From Crocinitomicaceae bacterium (lineage in GTDB: Bacteria; Bacteroidota; Bacteroidia; Flavobacteriales_D; Crocinitomicaceae): DNA of 52,634 nt. The DNA lies in assembly GCA_044354455.1 (NCBI GenBank), contig JBILAB010000001.1, positions 1 through 52,634 of the forward strand. The letters run 5' to 3'. The position numbers were made by a program, and so were the translations under genes. This document shows, one piece after another, positions 44,138 to 52,634 of this stretch. Every line of letters begins with the position of its first letter. Position 1 is the stretch's first letter. The notes under the pieces are model-generated. The model searched no databases, was not told the origin of the DNA, and saw only the letters and a list, made by a program, of their open reading frames with translations.

Positions 44138-45298
44138 ATGAGGAAAAAAATCATGCTTTTGGGCTCAGGTGAATTAGGAAAAGAATTTGTAATTGCCTGT
44201 CAAAGATTAGGTCAATATATTATTGCAGTTGATAGTTATGTTGGTGCTCCAGCAATGCAAGTTGCCCACGAATTTGAGGTTATTGATATGTTAAACGGTT
44301 CTGAACTGGATCGTATTATTTCAAAACATCAGCCAGATATCATCGTTCCCGAAATTGAAGCGATTCGAACAGAGCATTTGTATGATTATGAAAAACAAGG
44401 AATTCATGTAGTTCCAAGTGCAAAGGCTGCAAATTTCACGATGAATCGAAAAGCAATTAGAGATTTAGCTTCAAAAGAACTTGGAATTAAAACTGCAACC
44501 TATCGCTATGCTACAAGTTTTCAAGAATTAAAAGATGGTGTTGAAGTTTGCGGAATTCCATGTGTCGTGAAACCATTGATGTCGAGTTCTGGAAAAGGTC
44601 AATCTGTTATAAAATCACATTCTGATATTGAAAAAGCCTGGCTTTATGCCATGGAGGGATCACGGGGGGACTTAAAAGAAGTAATTGTCGAGGGATTTAT
44701 TGATTTTGATTATGAAATCACGCTTTTAACAGTGACTCAAAAAAATGGTCCAACTTTATTTTGTCCGCCGATTGGTCACCGCCAAGAAAGAGGAGATTAC
44801 CAAGAGAGTTGGCAACCGATGCCAATGAATCCAGATCACTTAGCTGAAGCACAAAAAATGGCTGAAGAAGTAACCAAAGCATTAGGTGGAGCTGGAATTT
44901 GGGGTGTTGAATTTTTCATTACCAAAGAAGGGGCCTATTTTTCAGAATTATCACCTCGTCCTCACGATACTGGAATGGTAACATTAGCAAATACCCAAAA
45001 TTTTTCCCAATTTGAATTGCATGCACGAGCAATCTTAGGATTATCAATTCCTGAAATATCCTTAAACCAAAATGGAGCAAGTGCTGTAATATTAGCAAGT
45101 GCTCAATCGGATAGTGAACCTGAATTTAATGGTTTTGAAGCGGCAGCATTGATTTCTAAATCAGATTTTAAAATTTTTGGAAAGCCTTCAACTCGCTCTT
45201 ACAGAAGAATGGGAGTAGCACTTGCATATGGAACTGAAAATGTTGGAGAATTAATTGAAAAAGCAAAACTTGTTGCATCAAAAATTACTGTAAAATGA
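44138..45298 (+). CDS. purT: Formate-dependent phosphoribosylglycinamide formyltransferase (GAR transformylase 2)
   Basis: It has [47 protein letters not shown] and [15 protein letters not shown], collinear with E. coli PurT. The start is at ATG 44138, or possibly 44153. The track start of 44117 is a TTG. Confidence 0.9.
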   Translation: MRKKIMLLGSGELGKEFVIACQRLGQYIIAVDSYVGAPAMQVAHEFEVIDMLNGSELDRIISKHQPDIIVPEIEAIRTEHLYDYEKQGIHVVPSAKAANFTMNRKAIRDLASKELGIKTATYRYATSFQELKDGVEVCGIPCVVKPLMSSSGKGQSVIKSHSDIEKAWLYAMEGSRGDLKEVIVEGFIDFDYEITLLTVTQKNGPTLFCPPIGHRQERGDYQESWQPMPMNPDHLAEAQKMAEEVTKALGGAGIWGVEFFITKEGAYFSELSPRPHDTGMVTLANTQNFSQFELHARAILGLSIPEISLNQNGASAVILASAQSDSEPEFNGFEAAALISKSDFKIFGKPSTRSYRRMGVALAYGTENVGELIEKAKLVASKITVK

Positions 45299-47073
45299 AA
45301 AAATTAGTTTTTATAACACTCTATATATCTTTTCTCAAAATAGAGGCTCAATCGATACATTACAATCTTCGAATGCCAAAGCCTCAGAATCATTATTTTG
45401 AAGTCGAAATGGTCCTTACAGATTTTAAGGAAAAGCAAATTGATCTAAAATTACCTGTTTGGGCTCCTGGTTCTTATTTAGTACGTGAGTTTTCTAAAAA
45501 TATAAATCTAGTTAAAGCTTATGATCAAAAAGGAAATTTGATGGAGCTGGATAAAAAAACTAAAAATTCATGGTCCTTAAAAATTAATGGCGAAAAAAAA
45601 ATAGTTGTAAAATATGAGGTGTATGCATTTGAACTTTCAGTGAGAACTTCTTTTCTAGATTTAAGTCATGGTTTTGTTTCTGGCTCGGGTGTTTTTATGT
45701 ACGCCGAATCGCATCAAAATAACAAAGGAACTTTGGATATTTTCCCACATTCAACTTTTGCCAAAATAACAACTGCTTTGCCAAAATCATTCATTCCTGA
45801 AAAAATAGGTGGTGTTGAGAAATTTACTTTTGAAGATTATGATCAATTAGTAGATTGTCCTATTGAAATTGGAAATCAAGTGGTTTTTGATTTTATGGCT
45901 TCGGGTGTAAAACATACTGTTGCAATGTATGGCGAAGGAAATTATGATATCCAAAGCTTAAAAACAGATATGACCAAAATCATTGAAGCCGAAACGAATG
46001 TTTTTGGTGAAAATCCAAATAAAGAATATGTTTTTATTGTTCACAATGTTGTGGATGGTCAAGGAGGGCTTGAACATAAGAATTCTACTACTTTAAGCGT
46101 AAATCGGTGGACTTATGCTACACCAAAAAATATCGACTTTTTAAATTTGGTTGCTCACGAGTATTTTCATCTATGGAATGTGAAAAGAATCAGACCGATA
46201 GAATTAGGGCCTTTTGATTATTCACAAGAAAATTACACAAGCTTATTGTGGGTGATGGAAGGATTTACTTCTTATTATGATGAGCTAATTTTAAGACGAA
46301 CTGGGCATTATTCACAAGAAGAGTTTTTAAATAAACTGCAAAGCTCAATAAATTATGTTGAAGGTTCAGTTGGAGCTCGTGTTCAACCTGTTGCTCATGC
46401 GAGTTTTGATGCTTGGGTAAAAGCATATCGTCCTACTGAAAATAGTTCTAATACTTCTATGACTTATTATTCTAGAGGATCAATTCTTGCAGCAATTTTT
46501 GATGTTATGATAATAAATAATTCAAAGGGGAAAGAGGGGTTAGATGCCTTCTTAAAACACCTTTATACAAAATTTCACAAAGGTTTAAATAGAGGATTTT
46601 CAGATGTTGAATTTAAAGTTGAATTGGAAAAATTTGTAGGAAAAGATTTAACAGATTTTTATAAAAAATATATCAATGGCACAGAAATTTTGCCTTATGC
46701 AGAAATATTCGATAAAGTAGGATTAACAGTGAAGGATTTAACAAGTTTTTCCCCGTCTTTCGGAGCCACATGCAGACAAGAAGGTGGTAATGTAATCGTG
46801 AAAAGTATTCGAGCTGGATCTTGTGCAGAAGATGCTGGTCTAAGTGTTGGAGACGAGATTATTGGCTGTAATACTTATCGTGTTGATCAAGGAATGTTAG
46901 ATGGAATGATAAATAGCTTGACGATCGGAGAAACAGCAGAATTGCTTGTCGCAAGAGATGAAAACTTATTTTCCGTAAAAATTAGAATGACAAATTACCG
47001 AAAACCAGCATTTAAATTTGAAAAACAAACGAACTCGAAATATGAGACAGAATATAATTTTTGGTTGCGTTAA
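45295..47073 (+). CDS. M61 family metallopeptidase (glycyl aminopeptidase-like) with a C-terminal PDZ domain
   Basis: This 592-aa ORF has a signal peptide, the HExxH site [14 protein letters not shown], a downstream EGFTSYY, and a PDZ-like segment ([18 protein letters not shown]). Confidence 0.8.
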   Translation: MKKLVFITLYISFLKIEAQSIHYNLRMPKPQNHYFEVEMVLTDFKEKQIDLKLPVWAPGSYLVREFSKNINLVKAYDQKGNLMELDKKTKNSWSLKINGEKKIVVKYEVYAFELSVRTSFLDLSHGFVSGSGVFMYAESHQNNKGTLDIFPHSTFAKITTALPKSFIPEKIGGVEKFTFEDYDQLVDCPIEIGNQVVFDFMASGVKHTVAMYGEGNYDIQSLKTDMTKIIEAETNVFGENPNKEYVFIVHNVVDGQGGLEHKNSTTLSVNRWTYATPKNIDFLNLVAHEYFHLWNVKRIRPIELGPFDYSQENYTSLLWVMEGFTSYYDELILRRTGHYSQEEFLNKLQSSINYVEGSVGARVQPVAHASFDAWVKAYRPTENSSNTSMTYYSRGSILAAIFDVMIINNSKGKEGLDAFLKHLYTKFHKGLNRGFSDVEFKVELEKFVGKDLTDFYKKYINGTEILPYAEIFDKVGLTVKDLTSFSPSFGATCRQEGGNVIVKSIRAGSCAEDAGLSVGDEIIGCNTYRVDQGMLDGMINSLTIGETAELLVARDENLFSVKIRMTNYRKPAFKFEKQTNSKYETEYNFWLR

Positions 47074-48349
47074 ATTTACTTTTTTTACTCTTTTTTTAAA
47101 CTTTTCCTTTGTAATCATCGGACAAGGAAAATACTTAAATGTTCAGATTCCACCAGTAAATAAATTGTATTCATCAAATGAATGTGAACCCTCTATTGCT
47201 ATTAATCCATTTAGACCCAATGAAATGGCTGCTGGTTCGATTTTGGCTGGCTATCATTATTCAAGTGATTTAGGAAAAACTTGGGCAAGTAAAGAACTAA
47301 AAAGTCCGTATGGCGTTTGGGGTGACCCTGTTGTTTGCTACGATTCAAAAGGTCGCTTGTATTATTTTCATCTTGCTAATTATACAAAGACTTCTTGGAT
47401 TGATCGTATTGTTTGTCAAACTTCAGATAAAATAGAAGGCGAGTTTACTACGGGGGCATTTCCTAAACCAAATGGAAGCAAAGCACAGGACAAACATTGG
47501 GTTGTAATTGATCCAATTTCTGATGTAGTTTATATGACATGGACACAATTTGATGCTTATGCTTCGCCTAATCCAAAGGATAGTTCTTTTATTATGTTTT
47601 CAAAATCAATTGACCGGGGTTTTTCTTGGACTGACCCAGTTCGAATTTCGAATTATGGCGGTGATTGTTTAGATGGTGATAATACTGTTGAAGGAGCTGT
47701 TCCTGCGTTGGGTCTGAATGGAGAAGTATATGTCGCTTGGAGTGGTCCTCGTGGCTTGGTTTTTCAAAAGTCGCTAGATTACGGGAAAACATGGCTTAAA
47801 GAAGAACGCATAATTTCAAAACATACTGGAGGGTGGGAATTTTCTATTCCTGGAATGAATCGAGCAAATGGCCTGCCATTCCTTGTTTCAGATATGAGCG
47901 AAGGTAAAAATAGTGGGACGCTTTATTTAAATTGGGCAGATCAAAAAAATGGAAAAAATAATACAGATATTTGGCTGAAGTCATCGAAAGATGGAGGTGA
48001 AACTTGGACGGATGCAGTAATGGTAAATCAAGATAAGACAAAAAAACATCAGTTTTTTACTTCTGTAGCAATTGATCAAAGCAATGGTGATTTGCATTTT
48101 GTTTATTATGATAGGAGTAGAGATACTTCTGACAAAAATAAAACTGAGGTTGTTTGGTGTAGAAGTGAAGACGGAGGAATTACTTTTAAAAGTGAGATTA
48201 TATCTACTTCAGCCTTTGTTCCGAATAAAAAAGTATTTTTCGGTGACTATCTCGGAATTGCAGTCAATAAAGGCGTCGTAAGACCAATTTGGCCAAGAAT
48301 GGATAAGAAAAAAATCACCTTATGGACGGCATTAATTAATTTTAAGTAA
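47042..48349 (+). CDS. BNR/Asp-box repeat protein (sialidase-fold beta-propeller)
   Basis: It has five Asp-boxes: SSDLGKTW, SIDRGFSW, SLDYGKTW, SKDGGETW and SEDGGITF. A signal peptide follows the ATG at 47042. The track start of 47018 is a TTG further inside the upstream gene. Confidence 0.75.
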   Translation: MRQNIIFGCVKFTFFTLFLNFSFVIIGQGKYLNVQIPPVNKLYSSNECEPSIAINPFRPNEMAAGSILAGYHYSSDLGKTWASKELKSPYGVWGDPVVCYDSKGRLYYFHLANYTKTSWIDRIVCQTSDKIEGEFTTGAFPKPNGSKAQDKHWVVIDPISDVVYMTWTQFDAYASPNPKDSSFIMFSKSIDRGFSWTDPVRISNYGGDCLDGDNTVEGAVPALGLNGEVYVAWSGPRGLVFQKSLDYGKTWLKEERIISKHTGGWEFSIPGMNRANGLPFLVSDMSEGKNSGTLYLNWADQKNGKNNTDIWLKSSKDGGETWTDAVMVNQDKTKKHQFFTSVAIDQSNGDLHFVYYDRSRDTSDKNKTEVVWCRSEDGGITFKSEIISTSAFVPNKKVFFGDYLGIAVNKGVVRPIWPRMDKKKITLWTALINFK

Positions 48350-48353
48350 GTAA

Positions 48354-49034
48354 TTGAAAAATAGCCAATTAAGAATACCATTGTCTTGGTCAAATGTAAT
48401 AAATGAAGAATTTCATAAAGATTATTTCATACATCTGAATGAAACTGTCAACAAGTTTTATGAAGCAGAAACAAAACGTATATTTCCGCCTGAAGAATTA
48501 ATTTTTCGTGCTTTTGATTTATGCTCTTTTGAAAAACTTAAAGTTGTTATTTTAGGTCAAGATCCATATCCGACTTTGGGTAACGCAAACGGTCTAAGTT
48601 TTTCAGTTGCTGATTCTGTTAAAGTACTTCCTAAAAGTTTAAAAAATATCTTCTTAGAAGTTCAAGAGGATTTAAAAATTGATTTTCCAAAGAACGGAAA
48701 TTTAGAGAGATGGGCAAATCAAGGTGTTCTTTTGTTAAATTCAATTTTAACGGTTGATGAAGGAAGTCCAAATAGTCATAAATATATTGGTTGGGAGCAA
48801 TTTACAGACGCTGTAATTCATAAAATCAGTACTGAGAAATCAAATATTGTTTTTTTACTTTGGGGAACGAAAGCCATTGCAAAAAAGGAAATCATTGCTT
48901 GTAAAAAACATTTAGTTTTAACTGCTCCTCATCCCTCGCCACTTTCTGCTTACCGTGGTTTTTTCGGATGCAAGCATTTTAGTCAAACAAATCAGTATTT
49001 TCGGAAATTAGGGATAACAGAAATAAATTGGTGA
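48354..49034 (+). CDS. ung: Uracil-DNA glycosylase (family 1)
   Basis: This 226-aa ORF has VVILGQDPYP (water-activating loop), GLSFSV, LLLN..LTV and HPSPLSA motifs. It has a TTG start, and no upstream in-frame ATG is present. Confidence 0.9.
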   Translation: MKNSQLRIPLSWSNVINEEFHKDYFIHLNETVNKFYEAETKRIFPPEELIFRAFDLCSFEKLKVVILGQDPYPTLGNANGLSFSVADSVKVLPKSLKNIFLEVQEDLKIDFPKNGNLERWANQGVLLLNSILTVDEGSPNSHKYIGWEQFTDAVIHKISTEKSNIVFLLWGTKAIAKKEIIACKKHLVLTAPHPSPLSAYRGFFGCKHFSQTNQYFRKLGITEINW

Positions 49035-49067
49035 TTTTTTTCGTTCAAAAATGTAACTTTGCAGCAG

Positions 49068-50099
49068 ATGAAAATTAAAAATGATTTGCTATTACGTGCT
49101 CACAATGGTGAATCATTAGAGCGATATCCTGTTTGGATTATGCGACAAGCAGGAAGAATCTTACCAGAATATAGAATAGTTCGCTCAAAGCTTTCAGGAT
49201 TTAAGGAATTAGTTGAAACACCAGAATTTGCTGCTGAGGTTACAATTCAACCAGTGGATTTATTAGATGTCGATGCTGCCATTATTTTTTCTGATATTTT
49301 GGTTGTTCCAGAAGCAATGGGTTTGCCGTATCAAATGATAGAACAAAAAGGTCCATGGTTTGAAAAAACTATTCGAAGCAATGAAGAATTAAGTTATTTA
49401 GAGACTACTATTGATGTTGAAGACAGGCTATCATATGTTTTTGAAGCCATTAAATTAACGAAAATTGCTCTCGACTCGCGCGTACCATTAATTGGTTTTG
49501 CTGGTGCACCTTGGACAGTTTTTTGCTACATGGTGGAAGGAAAAGGATCAAAGACTTTTTCTGAATCTCGAAAATTACTTTATACAAACCCAGTTTTGGC
49601 ACACGAATTGCTAAGCCGAATAACTGATGTTACGATTCGCTATATGAAAGCTCAAGTTTCAGCAGGTGCTGATGCCTTGCAGTTATTTGATTCATGGGCT
49701 GGAATTTTAGGGACAGAGCAATACAGAGCATTTGGATTAAATTACATTGAAAAAATAGTAGCTGCTTTCCCTAATTTTCCTTTTACTGTTTTCTCAAAAG
49801 GTGCACTTGCTTCTTTACCTGAAATTGCAGCGTTAAATTGCTCAACATTAGGATTAGACTGGAATATGAGTATTGCAGAGGCACGTATATTAGTAGGCGA
49901 AACTAAGACTTTACAAGGTAATTTGGACCCCTGTGTTTTGTATGGTTCAAATGAGTTAGTAGAAAAAGAAACAATAAAAATGTTAAAATCATTCAAAAGT
50001 CAAAGACATATTGTAAATTTGGGTCACGGAGTTTATCCTGATATTGACCCTGAAAAGGTTAAAGTATTTATTAAAACTGTTAAAAACTATGAAAATTAA
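49068..50099 (+). CDS. hemE: Uroporphyrinogen decarboxylase
   Basis: It has PVWIMRQAGRILPEY, DAAIIFSDILVVPEAMG and full-length collinearity with HemE. The ATG at 49068 is preferred over the TTG at 49059. Confidence 0.9.
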   Translation: MKIKNDLLLRAHNGESLERYPVWIMRQAGRILPEYRIVRSKLSGFKELVETPEFAAEVTIQPVDLLDVDAAIIFSDILVVPEAMGLPYQMIEQKGPWFEKTIRSNEELSYLETTIDVEDRLSYVFEAIKLTKIALDSRVPLIGFAGAPWTVFCYMVEGKGSKTFSESRKLLYTNPVLAHELLSRITDVTIRYMKAQVSAGADALQLFDSWAGILGTEQYRAFGLNYIEKIVAAFPNFPFTVFSKGALASLPEIAALNCSTLGLDWNMSIAEARILVGETKTLQGNLDPCVLYGSNELVEKETIKMLKSFKSQRHIVNLGHGVYPDIDPEKVKVFIKTVKNYEN

Positions 50100-51324
50100 G
50101 CTAACAAAATTAAGTTTTATATCCTTAATTATTTTTTCTTCTTATTATTCTTTTGCTCAGAAAAATAAAGCTGTTGAAAAAGAAATTTTAAAAATGACAT
50201 TTGAAAGATTGCAGACAAATGATCCGGTTAATGAAATTGGTGGAATAGATGCACTTGATTATGGTGTAAGTTCATCATCTGAACGAAAAGCAGATTTATT
50301 TACTGCTGAAGGTGGAAAGGATGTTCAAGTTCCGGAGAATATATTTGGTAGAGAGGATCCTATTAAAGACCTTGGTGGCTCTCAATATCTAGGTTTAATT
50401 TTGTATAAACCAGGAAAATTAGCAAACGAAAGAAGTTATGTAACAATTCCATTGGGGAGAGGTAAAGATGAAATCACCTTAAAAAAGAATTTAAAATATT
50501 GTGTTGAATTTTCACTTTCATTAGCTGAGTCTTCTAAGTTTGCAGTAAATAATATTGCGGCATTATTTTCAAAAGAAGATTTTGGGTCAAATAATTCAGC
50601 AGCAATTTATAATTCTTCCGATAGAATAGTTAAGGCTCAAGGTAATAAAGTCTATACGGGTTTTTACGGTTGGGAACAGGTTTGTAATATCTATACAGCA
50701 AAAGGTGATGAGAAATTTATAACAATTGGAAACTTTGATTTAAATGAAAAAACAAAATTTGAAGCTGTTAAAAAGCCAAAAGATAGTGAAGTTGAGGTTA
50801 TAAGTCATGCATATTATTATATAGACAATGTTAATATAACTTTAATTGACAAAGAGGATGATTGTAAATGCTACAACAATGCTCCTCCTAAGCTTGAAGA
50901 CTCATTTTCAAATTTAATTTATTCTAAAACACCTGAAATAACAGAGAAAATGAATCCTGCAGAAAAAATAGCTGCCCAAGTAGCTTACTTTAGATTTGGT
51001 AAGGCAACTTTTTCTGAAAACTGTAAAGATGCCATGAATTATGTAATAGACCAAATGGTTACAAATACTAGCTTTAGAATTGAAATACAAGGGCATTGTG
51101 ATGCTAAAGAGTTGAAGGTTGGTGAAGGTGTTGATGAGTATTATGAGATGGATAGAAAACGTGTTGCAGCAGTTGTAAAATATTTTGTTGAAAATGGAAT
51201 TGATCCAGCTCGAATAGATAAAACCTATAAAAGTTCAACTACTCAAAGTTTTGAAGTTGAAGAAGACGATGAGGATGAAGTGAAAGATGCAAAAAATAGA
51301 AGAATAAACTTTATTCTAAAGTAA
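50089..51324 (+). CDS. OmpA-family protein, with a novel N-terminal region and a C-terminal OmpA-like peptidoglycan-binding domain
   Basis: A signal peptide follows the ATG at 50089 (MKIKLTKLSFISLIIFSSYYSFAQ). The C-terminus IEIQGHCD.......Y...L...RV.AV..Y.V..GI...RI......S.......NRRINFIL has the OmpA_C pattern. It overlaps hemE by 11 nt. Confidence 0.75.
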   Translation: MKIKLTKLSFISLIIFSSYYSFAQKNKAVEKEILKMTFERLQTNDPVNEIGGIDALDYGVSSSSERKADLFTAEGGKDVQVPENIFGREDPIKDLGGSQYLGLILYKPGKLANERSYVTIPLGRGKDEITLKKNLKYCVEFSLSLAESSKFAVNNIAALFSKEDFGSNNSAAIYNSSDRIVKAQGNKVYTGFYGWEQVCNIYTAKGDEKFITIGNFDLNEKTKFEAVKKPKDSEVEVISHAYYYIDNVNITLIDKEDDCKCYNNAPPKLEDSFSNLIYSKTPEITEKMNPAEKIAAQVAYFRFGKATFSENCKDAMNYVIDQMVTNTSFRIEIQGHCDAKELKVGEGVDEYYEMDRKRVAAVVKYFVENGIDPARIDKTYKSSTTQSFEVEEDDEDEVKDAKNRRINFILK

Positions 51325-51348
51325 TAAAGTAGAATGTATTATTAAAAG

Positions 51349-51377
51349 CTGACAGTTTAAGTCAGGTTTTTTTTTTT
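51349..51377 (+). terminator. Probable rho-independent terminator after the OmpA-family gene
   Basis: The short hairpin CTGAC-AGTTTAA-GTCAG is followed, after one G, by a run of 11 T. The stem is weak at 5 bp. Confidence 0.5.
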
Positions 51378-51448
51378 AAGAAATTTTTTTATTGAAGTGG
51401 AATTTAATTACTCATTAAGGTCTAACAAAAAGTTTGTAATTTAGATAA

Positions 51449-52093
51449 ATGAAATTTAGTTTTATTCTCTTCTTTTCTCTAATTATATCATGTGTAAGTG
51501 CGCAAACAATAAATCCTGATGATTCTTTTACTTTTGAATTAGGATTGCCAAATGCAACAAATAATAAAGCTTATAGATCGATTATGCAAGGTTTGGTTTG
51601 CATCTCACCATCCTATCAATACGCGCTTAAGAATGGTATTTCTTTTGGAATAGGATTACATTATTCCTATTTTGCAATCAATGAATTTAGAGTTCAACCA
51701 AAAATATTTGGGGGAATTCATTCTGCTGCAGCCTTTTTAAAACTTGGTCACGAAAAATTTTGGACAGAACGTTTTGGAACAGAAATAGGATGTAAAATCG
51801 GTTATTTAAATTCTTTTGCTTTTAGTGATTTAATAAAAAATTACAGGAGAACTGAAGCGAGCTTTGTTGAGCCATTTATTTCATTAATAGCGACTTCTTC
51901 TGTTAATAGTGCTTATCGTTTTACAATCGGATTTCCTTTTTATGGATTTAATTTTACTCCTGAAACGATAGGAATTTTAGATTCAAACTTGGGTTATACC
52001 ACTTCCGATTTCTCTAAAATTTCATCAGCATTAACAATAAGTTTTGGCTACACCTTTTATTTCAATGGCAAAAAAAATATGGACGAGGATTAA
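51449..52093 (+). CDS. Hypothetical secreted protein, possibly a small outer-membrane beta-barrel
   Basis: This 214-aa ORF has a signal peptide (FILFFSLIISCVSAQ) and alternating aromatic/glycine strand-like segments. I recognise no family. Confidence 0.5.
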   Translation: MKFSFILFFSLIISCVSAQTINPDDSFTFELGLPNATNNKAYRSIMQGLVCISPSYQYALKNGISFGIGLHYSYFAINEFRVQPKIFGGIHSAAAFLKLGHEKFWTERFGTEIGCKIGYLNSFAFSDLIKNYRRTEASFVEPFISLIATSSVNSAYRFTIGFPFYGFNFTPETIGILDSNLGYTTSDFSKISSALTISFGYTFYFNGKKNMDED

Positions 52094-52634
52094 GTTTGAA
52101 TTACTCCAACATTGTATCTTTTTTCAATAGGTGCATGATTGGCCATTTCAATTCCCATTGATATTATTTTGCGGGTTTCAACAGGATCAATAATGGCATC
52201 TATCCATAGGCGACTAGCAGCATAATATGGAGATATTTGCTCATCGTACTTATTCTTAATAGAGTCGAATAGTTCTTTTTCTCGTTTTGGAGTTATTTCC
52301 TCGCCTTTTCCTTTTAATGTAGCAACTTCTATTTGAAGAAGTGTTTTAGCAGCGGCAGCACCTGACATAACGCCAATTTCTGCACTTGGCCACCCAACAA
52401 TTAAGCGAGGATCATATGCTTTTCCACACATGGCGTAATTTCCAGCACCATATGAATTCCCCATTATTATGGAAAATTTTGGAACTACGCTGTTTGCCAT
52501 GGAGCTGACCATTTTTGCTCCATCCTTTATGATTCCACCATTTTCACTTTTAGAACCTACCATGAATCCTGTAACGTCATGCAAGAAAACCAAAGGGATG
52601 TTTTTTTGATTACAATTCATGATAAATCGAGCTG
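52090..52634 (-). CDS. Acyl-CoA carboxylase carboxyltransferase (beta) subunit, methylcrotonoyl-CoA carboxylase-like. This is the C-terminal part, and the gene starts beyond the window end.
   Basis: The reading frame stays open upstream of the track Met (..ARFIMNCNQKNIPLVFLHDVTGFMVG). The motifs ITGFMVG-type, GGIIKDGAKMV, GNSYGAGNYAMCGKAY and WP.AEIGVMSG match the carboxyl transferase family. Confidence 0.85.
   Translation of the reverse strand, partial: ARFIMNCNQKNIPLVFLHDVTGFMVGSKSENGGIIKDGAKMVSSMANSVVPKFSIIMGNSYGAGNYAMCGKAYDPRLIVGWPSAEIGVMSGAAAAKTLLQIEVATLKGKGEEITPKREKELFDSIKNKYDEQISPYYAASRLWIDAIIDPVETRKIISMGIEMANHAPIEKRYNVGVIQT

Noticed and set aside
1-52634. Window-wide search for CRISPR arrays, IS elements/transposases, integrases, rRNA and long dispersed repeats
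   Set aside because: None was found. The only repeats are intragenic protein-module repeats (adhesin, WG repeats, Kazal/6-Cys modules), the TlpA paralogue island and the 43-nt tandem duplication.

Overview
This is a visibly AT-rich chromosomal segment from a gliding Bacteroidota organism (Flavobacteriia- or Cytophagia-like). Three things point there: an adjacent gldB-gldC pair, four proteins with type IX secretion (T9SS) C-terminal sorting domains, and recurrent TAnnTTTG -7 promoter boxes in intergenic DNA. I support about 53 CDS (two run off the window edges), one tRNA (anticodon CAT) and one cobalamin riboswitch, plus a few promoter boxes, terminators and repeats. I see no rRNA, CRISPR array, transposase, integrase or prophage. 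Most genes are housekeeping: the zwf-pgl-edd Entner-Doudoroff operon, ispH, kynurenine 3-monooxygenase, nadE, gatB, lpxH, lpxK, tsaE, purT, ung, hemE and a purine nucleoside phosphorylase. The most interesting region is the minus-strand array at 13.9-20.0 kb. It contains a well-conserved B12 riboswitch with its own -7 box. The riboswitch sits directly upstream of a T9SS-sorted beta-propeller protein rather than a TonB-dependent B12 receptor, which may make that protein a BtuG-like secreted or surface corrinoid binder. Upstream of the riboswitch is a DUF1800/DUF1501 pair in which the DUF1501 protein carries both a twin-arginine signal and a T9SS sorting domain. Next comes a T9SS-sorted double-Kazal protein with a duplicated, uncharacterised 6-Cys module. 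Other second-look items are a translationally coupled VTC-like (TTM) plus DUF4956 membrane pair, a gldB-gldC operon extended by DUF2797 and GtrA genes opposite a glycan-modification cluster, an orphan XRE-S24 self-cleaving-type repressor, a perfect 43-nt tandem duplication, and -7 boxes abutting start codons (possible leaderless mRNAs). All family assignments come from motif recognition by eye, and no database search was run.
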